Of a stretch of 64,000 nt of DNA, positions 62,274 to 64,000 are shown piece after piece (position 1 is the first letter of the stretch; each line of letters begins with the position of its first letter). Source of the stretch: Hormiphora californensis (Eukaryota > Animalia > Ctenophora); contig CM035357.1 in NCBI GenBank assembly GCA_020137815.1, forward strand, positions 7,936,001 through 8,000,000. Direction: 5' to 3'. The translations under genes and the position numbers were made by a program. The notes beneath the pieces were generated by a model, which saw nothing but the letters and a program-made list of their open reading frames with translations, had not been told where the DNA came from and ran no database searches.

Positions 62274-62688
62274 TTCTCAAACGGCTATAGCCACGCAACC
62301 ACATGGCTGATTTGAGTAAACTAAACGGTATCTGATAGAGAATCGATAGCCCTAACCGATAACCCCAAACAAAACCTACAGACCCTAGGTAGCCCAATCC
62401 GTCGTTTGCGCGCCAACTACGATGTTAGCAATGAACGCACAGATTTAGTCGTTTTCGTTAAAAGCGTTGCCTTAGCATCGCGCTGCGCCGAACGTTGCAA
62501 CCGTGTTACGCTTGAAACAAATGTGCCTTCGGTACATGTTAAAATTGGGTGCCTTCTTGCAAACAAGTCGGTTAGGCCGGAGGGTTAGGCTTATCTTAGG
62601 GCTACTAGGTATGGCTAGGGCTACGATTCTTAACTGACCCGTTTAGTTACTCAAATCGGCCATGTGTCCATGCTATACCGTTTGAAAA
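62274..62688. mobile_element. Inverted-repeat element (MITE-like)
   Basis: tcaaacggctatagc...catggctgatttgagtaaactaaacgg / ccgtttagttactcaaatcggccatg...gctataccgtttga. Confidence 0.55.
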
Positions 62689-62746
62689 GTGTCTAAATAC
62701 TTTACCACCAAGTAAACTATATTGGGCTCGGCCTCTAGGTGTAGAA

Positions 62747-63715
62747 ATGACAACGACAGAGGAGAAGGGTGATAGCCCTATGATAAATGATGACTCAATC
62801 GCAACATGGGCTCTTCATCTTTCAATGATCTTCAACCCTGCCTGCCGGAAAGAAATGGAAGCTAATCCCAACCCTCAAGATTGGGACATTGATCATGCTA
62901 AAATCAAGAGGTACACTAGCAGTGACGACCAAATCGACGATCATGATAGAATGTTAAGGAATGCGTTCAAAAACTGTAGCATTGAGGAGGTTATTACTCT
63001 GAGTAGCAGGACTATTGTTAGCAGTATACGTGTTGTAAATCGGTATATGAATTCTCAGCATGTCATGGATTGTAAAGTGAAAGAAGCTGAATTGCGCATG
63101 CAGAAATGCAAGGAGGAACTTGATAAGCATCGGATCTCTGTAATTGACCTACAGAAGAAGATTATCGCTCTACAAGACCGGCATCTCGAGTCTGCGTCCA
63201 GTTCTGTTGCTAAAATGAAAGCATATTCTACCGTTTTGAGTCAAAACTGCTCTGTGATCACCCCTAAGGTAGTGAAAAATGCAGCAACCCCTCGGAGCTC
63301 AGCGTCTAGCAATGCAGTGGTGGAGCCTGATAGAGCTAAAAACCTCGTGGTGTTTGGTTTACCTGAGTCTACGACCCGAGTTGATTCAATCTCAGTGAAA
63401 GAACTATTCGAAGAGTTAAATGAGAAACCTGTTACTAAATCAATGAAACGAGTCGGCCTAAAACTGGATTCAAGTTCCAAAACGAGACCACTGGTTATCT
63501 CTCTGGAGAGCAGAGAATCTCTGTTAGCACTTCTTAGGAAAGCAAAACTCTTGAAACAATCGGAAAACTTTTCATCTGTATTTTTCTCACCGGATCTGAC
63601 TCCTGTTCAACAAAAGGAACGAAAACAACTAGTAGAAACCGTAAAGAGGCTTAGACTGGAAGATCCAAATGGGAAATATTACATTCAAAACGGGATCATT
63701 AAAATGGGTTACTAA
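62747..63715 (+). CDS. Non-LTR retrotransposon ORF1-like protein (coiled coil, RRM-like and C-terminal domains)
   Basis: Coiled coil, then RAKNLVVFGLPE, RVG...TRPLVISL, LLRKAKLLK, VFFSPDLTPVQQKERKQL: the usual CR1/L2/L1-type ORF1 pattern. Confidence 0.8.
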   Translation: MTTTEEKGDSPMINDDSIATWALHLSMIFNPACRKEMEANPNPQDWDIDHAKIKRYTSSDDQIDDHDRMLRNAFKNCSIEEVITLSSRTIVSSIRVVNRYMNSQHVMDCKVKEAELRMQKCKEELDKHRISVIDLQKKIIALQDRHLESASSSVAKMKAYSTVLSQNCSVITPKVVKNAATPRSSASSNAVVEPDRAKNLVVFGLPESTTRVDSISVKELFEELNEKPVTKSMKRVGLKLDSSSKTRPLVISLESRESLLALLRKAKLLKQSENFSSVFFSPDLTPVQQKERKQLVETVKRLRLEDPNGKYYIQNGIIKMGY

Positions 63716-63856
63716 CTCGTTTCGTATGTTTACGTAGAACGTTCGTGTTTTTTGGTCTTATAACCACTTTAGGAAGTGTGTGTGTTCGTATAGCGTTGGC
63801 TATCGATACGGACACCGTATTATTTACACTAGAAAGTGGTATATTAAATGCATATA

Positions 63857-63885
63857 TTACATTTACATTTACATTTACATTTACA
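63857..63885 (+). repeat. (TTACAT)n tail, putative retroelement 3' end
   Basis: About 5 copies preceded by ATTAAA at 63843. Confidence 0.6.
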
Positions 63886-64000
63886 GTTTGCTAAGATCAA
63901 CACTTGTTGCGCTTCGGGGAACTAAGAGAAGGGTTGTCCGAGTCAGTGTGGAAGATGTAGATTTTCGAGATAAGTGAGCAGAGAGAGGGAGAATGAGAGT

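Larger units (their letters stand above)
59195..62376 (+). repeat. Tandem segmental duplication, copy 2
   Basis: Matches 55690-58400. Confidence 0.92.

Overview
Eukaryotic (animal) genomic DNA with short GT-AG introns and many (AG/CT)n microsatellites. The gene repertoire suggests an invertebrate, possibly a ctenophore; this is inference only. The main feature is a 7,364-bp Polinton/Maverick-type endogenous virus (43705-51068) with AGTAGT...ACTACT termini, ~420-bp TIRs and a 6-bp GTGGGT TSD. It encodes an rve-chromodomain integrase, packaging ATPase, adenain-like protease, major and minor capsid proteins, a core-like protein and three orphan ORFs, but no protein-primed DNA polymerase, and no uncoded gap is large enough to hold one. 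It sits 21 bp upstream of a Cys-rich secreted-protein gene whose apparent 3' half (with kringle domains) lies on the opposite strand. Host genes: a Cys-rich type I membrane protein, a REEP/HVA22 protein, a divergent ferroportin-like transporter with an intronic antisense Pim kinase, a multi-copy Arg-amide neuropeptide precursor, a junctophilin-like MORN protein, an SRCR-like protein, a tandemly duplicated class A GPCR and several uncharacterised multi-exon genes. Also present are MITEs of MULE-, Tc1/mariner-, hAT- and piggyBac-like types, and an ORF1-only LINE-like element. Many frameshifts, especially at 40.4-51.1 kb, look like long-read indel errors. Exon boundaries were read by eye and are approximate unless stated.
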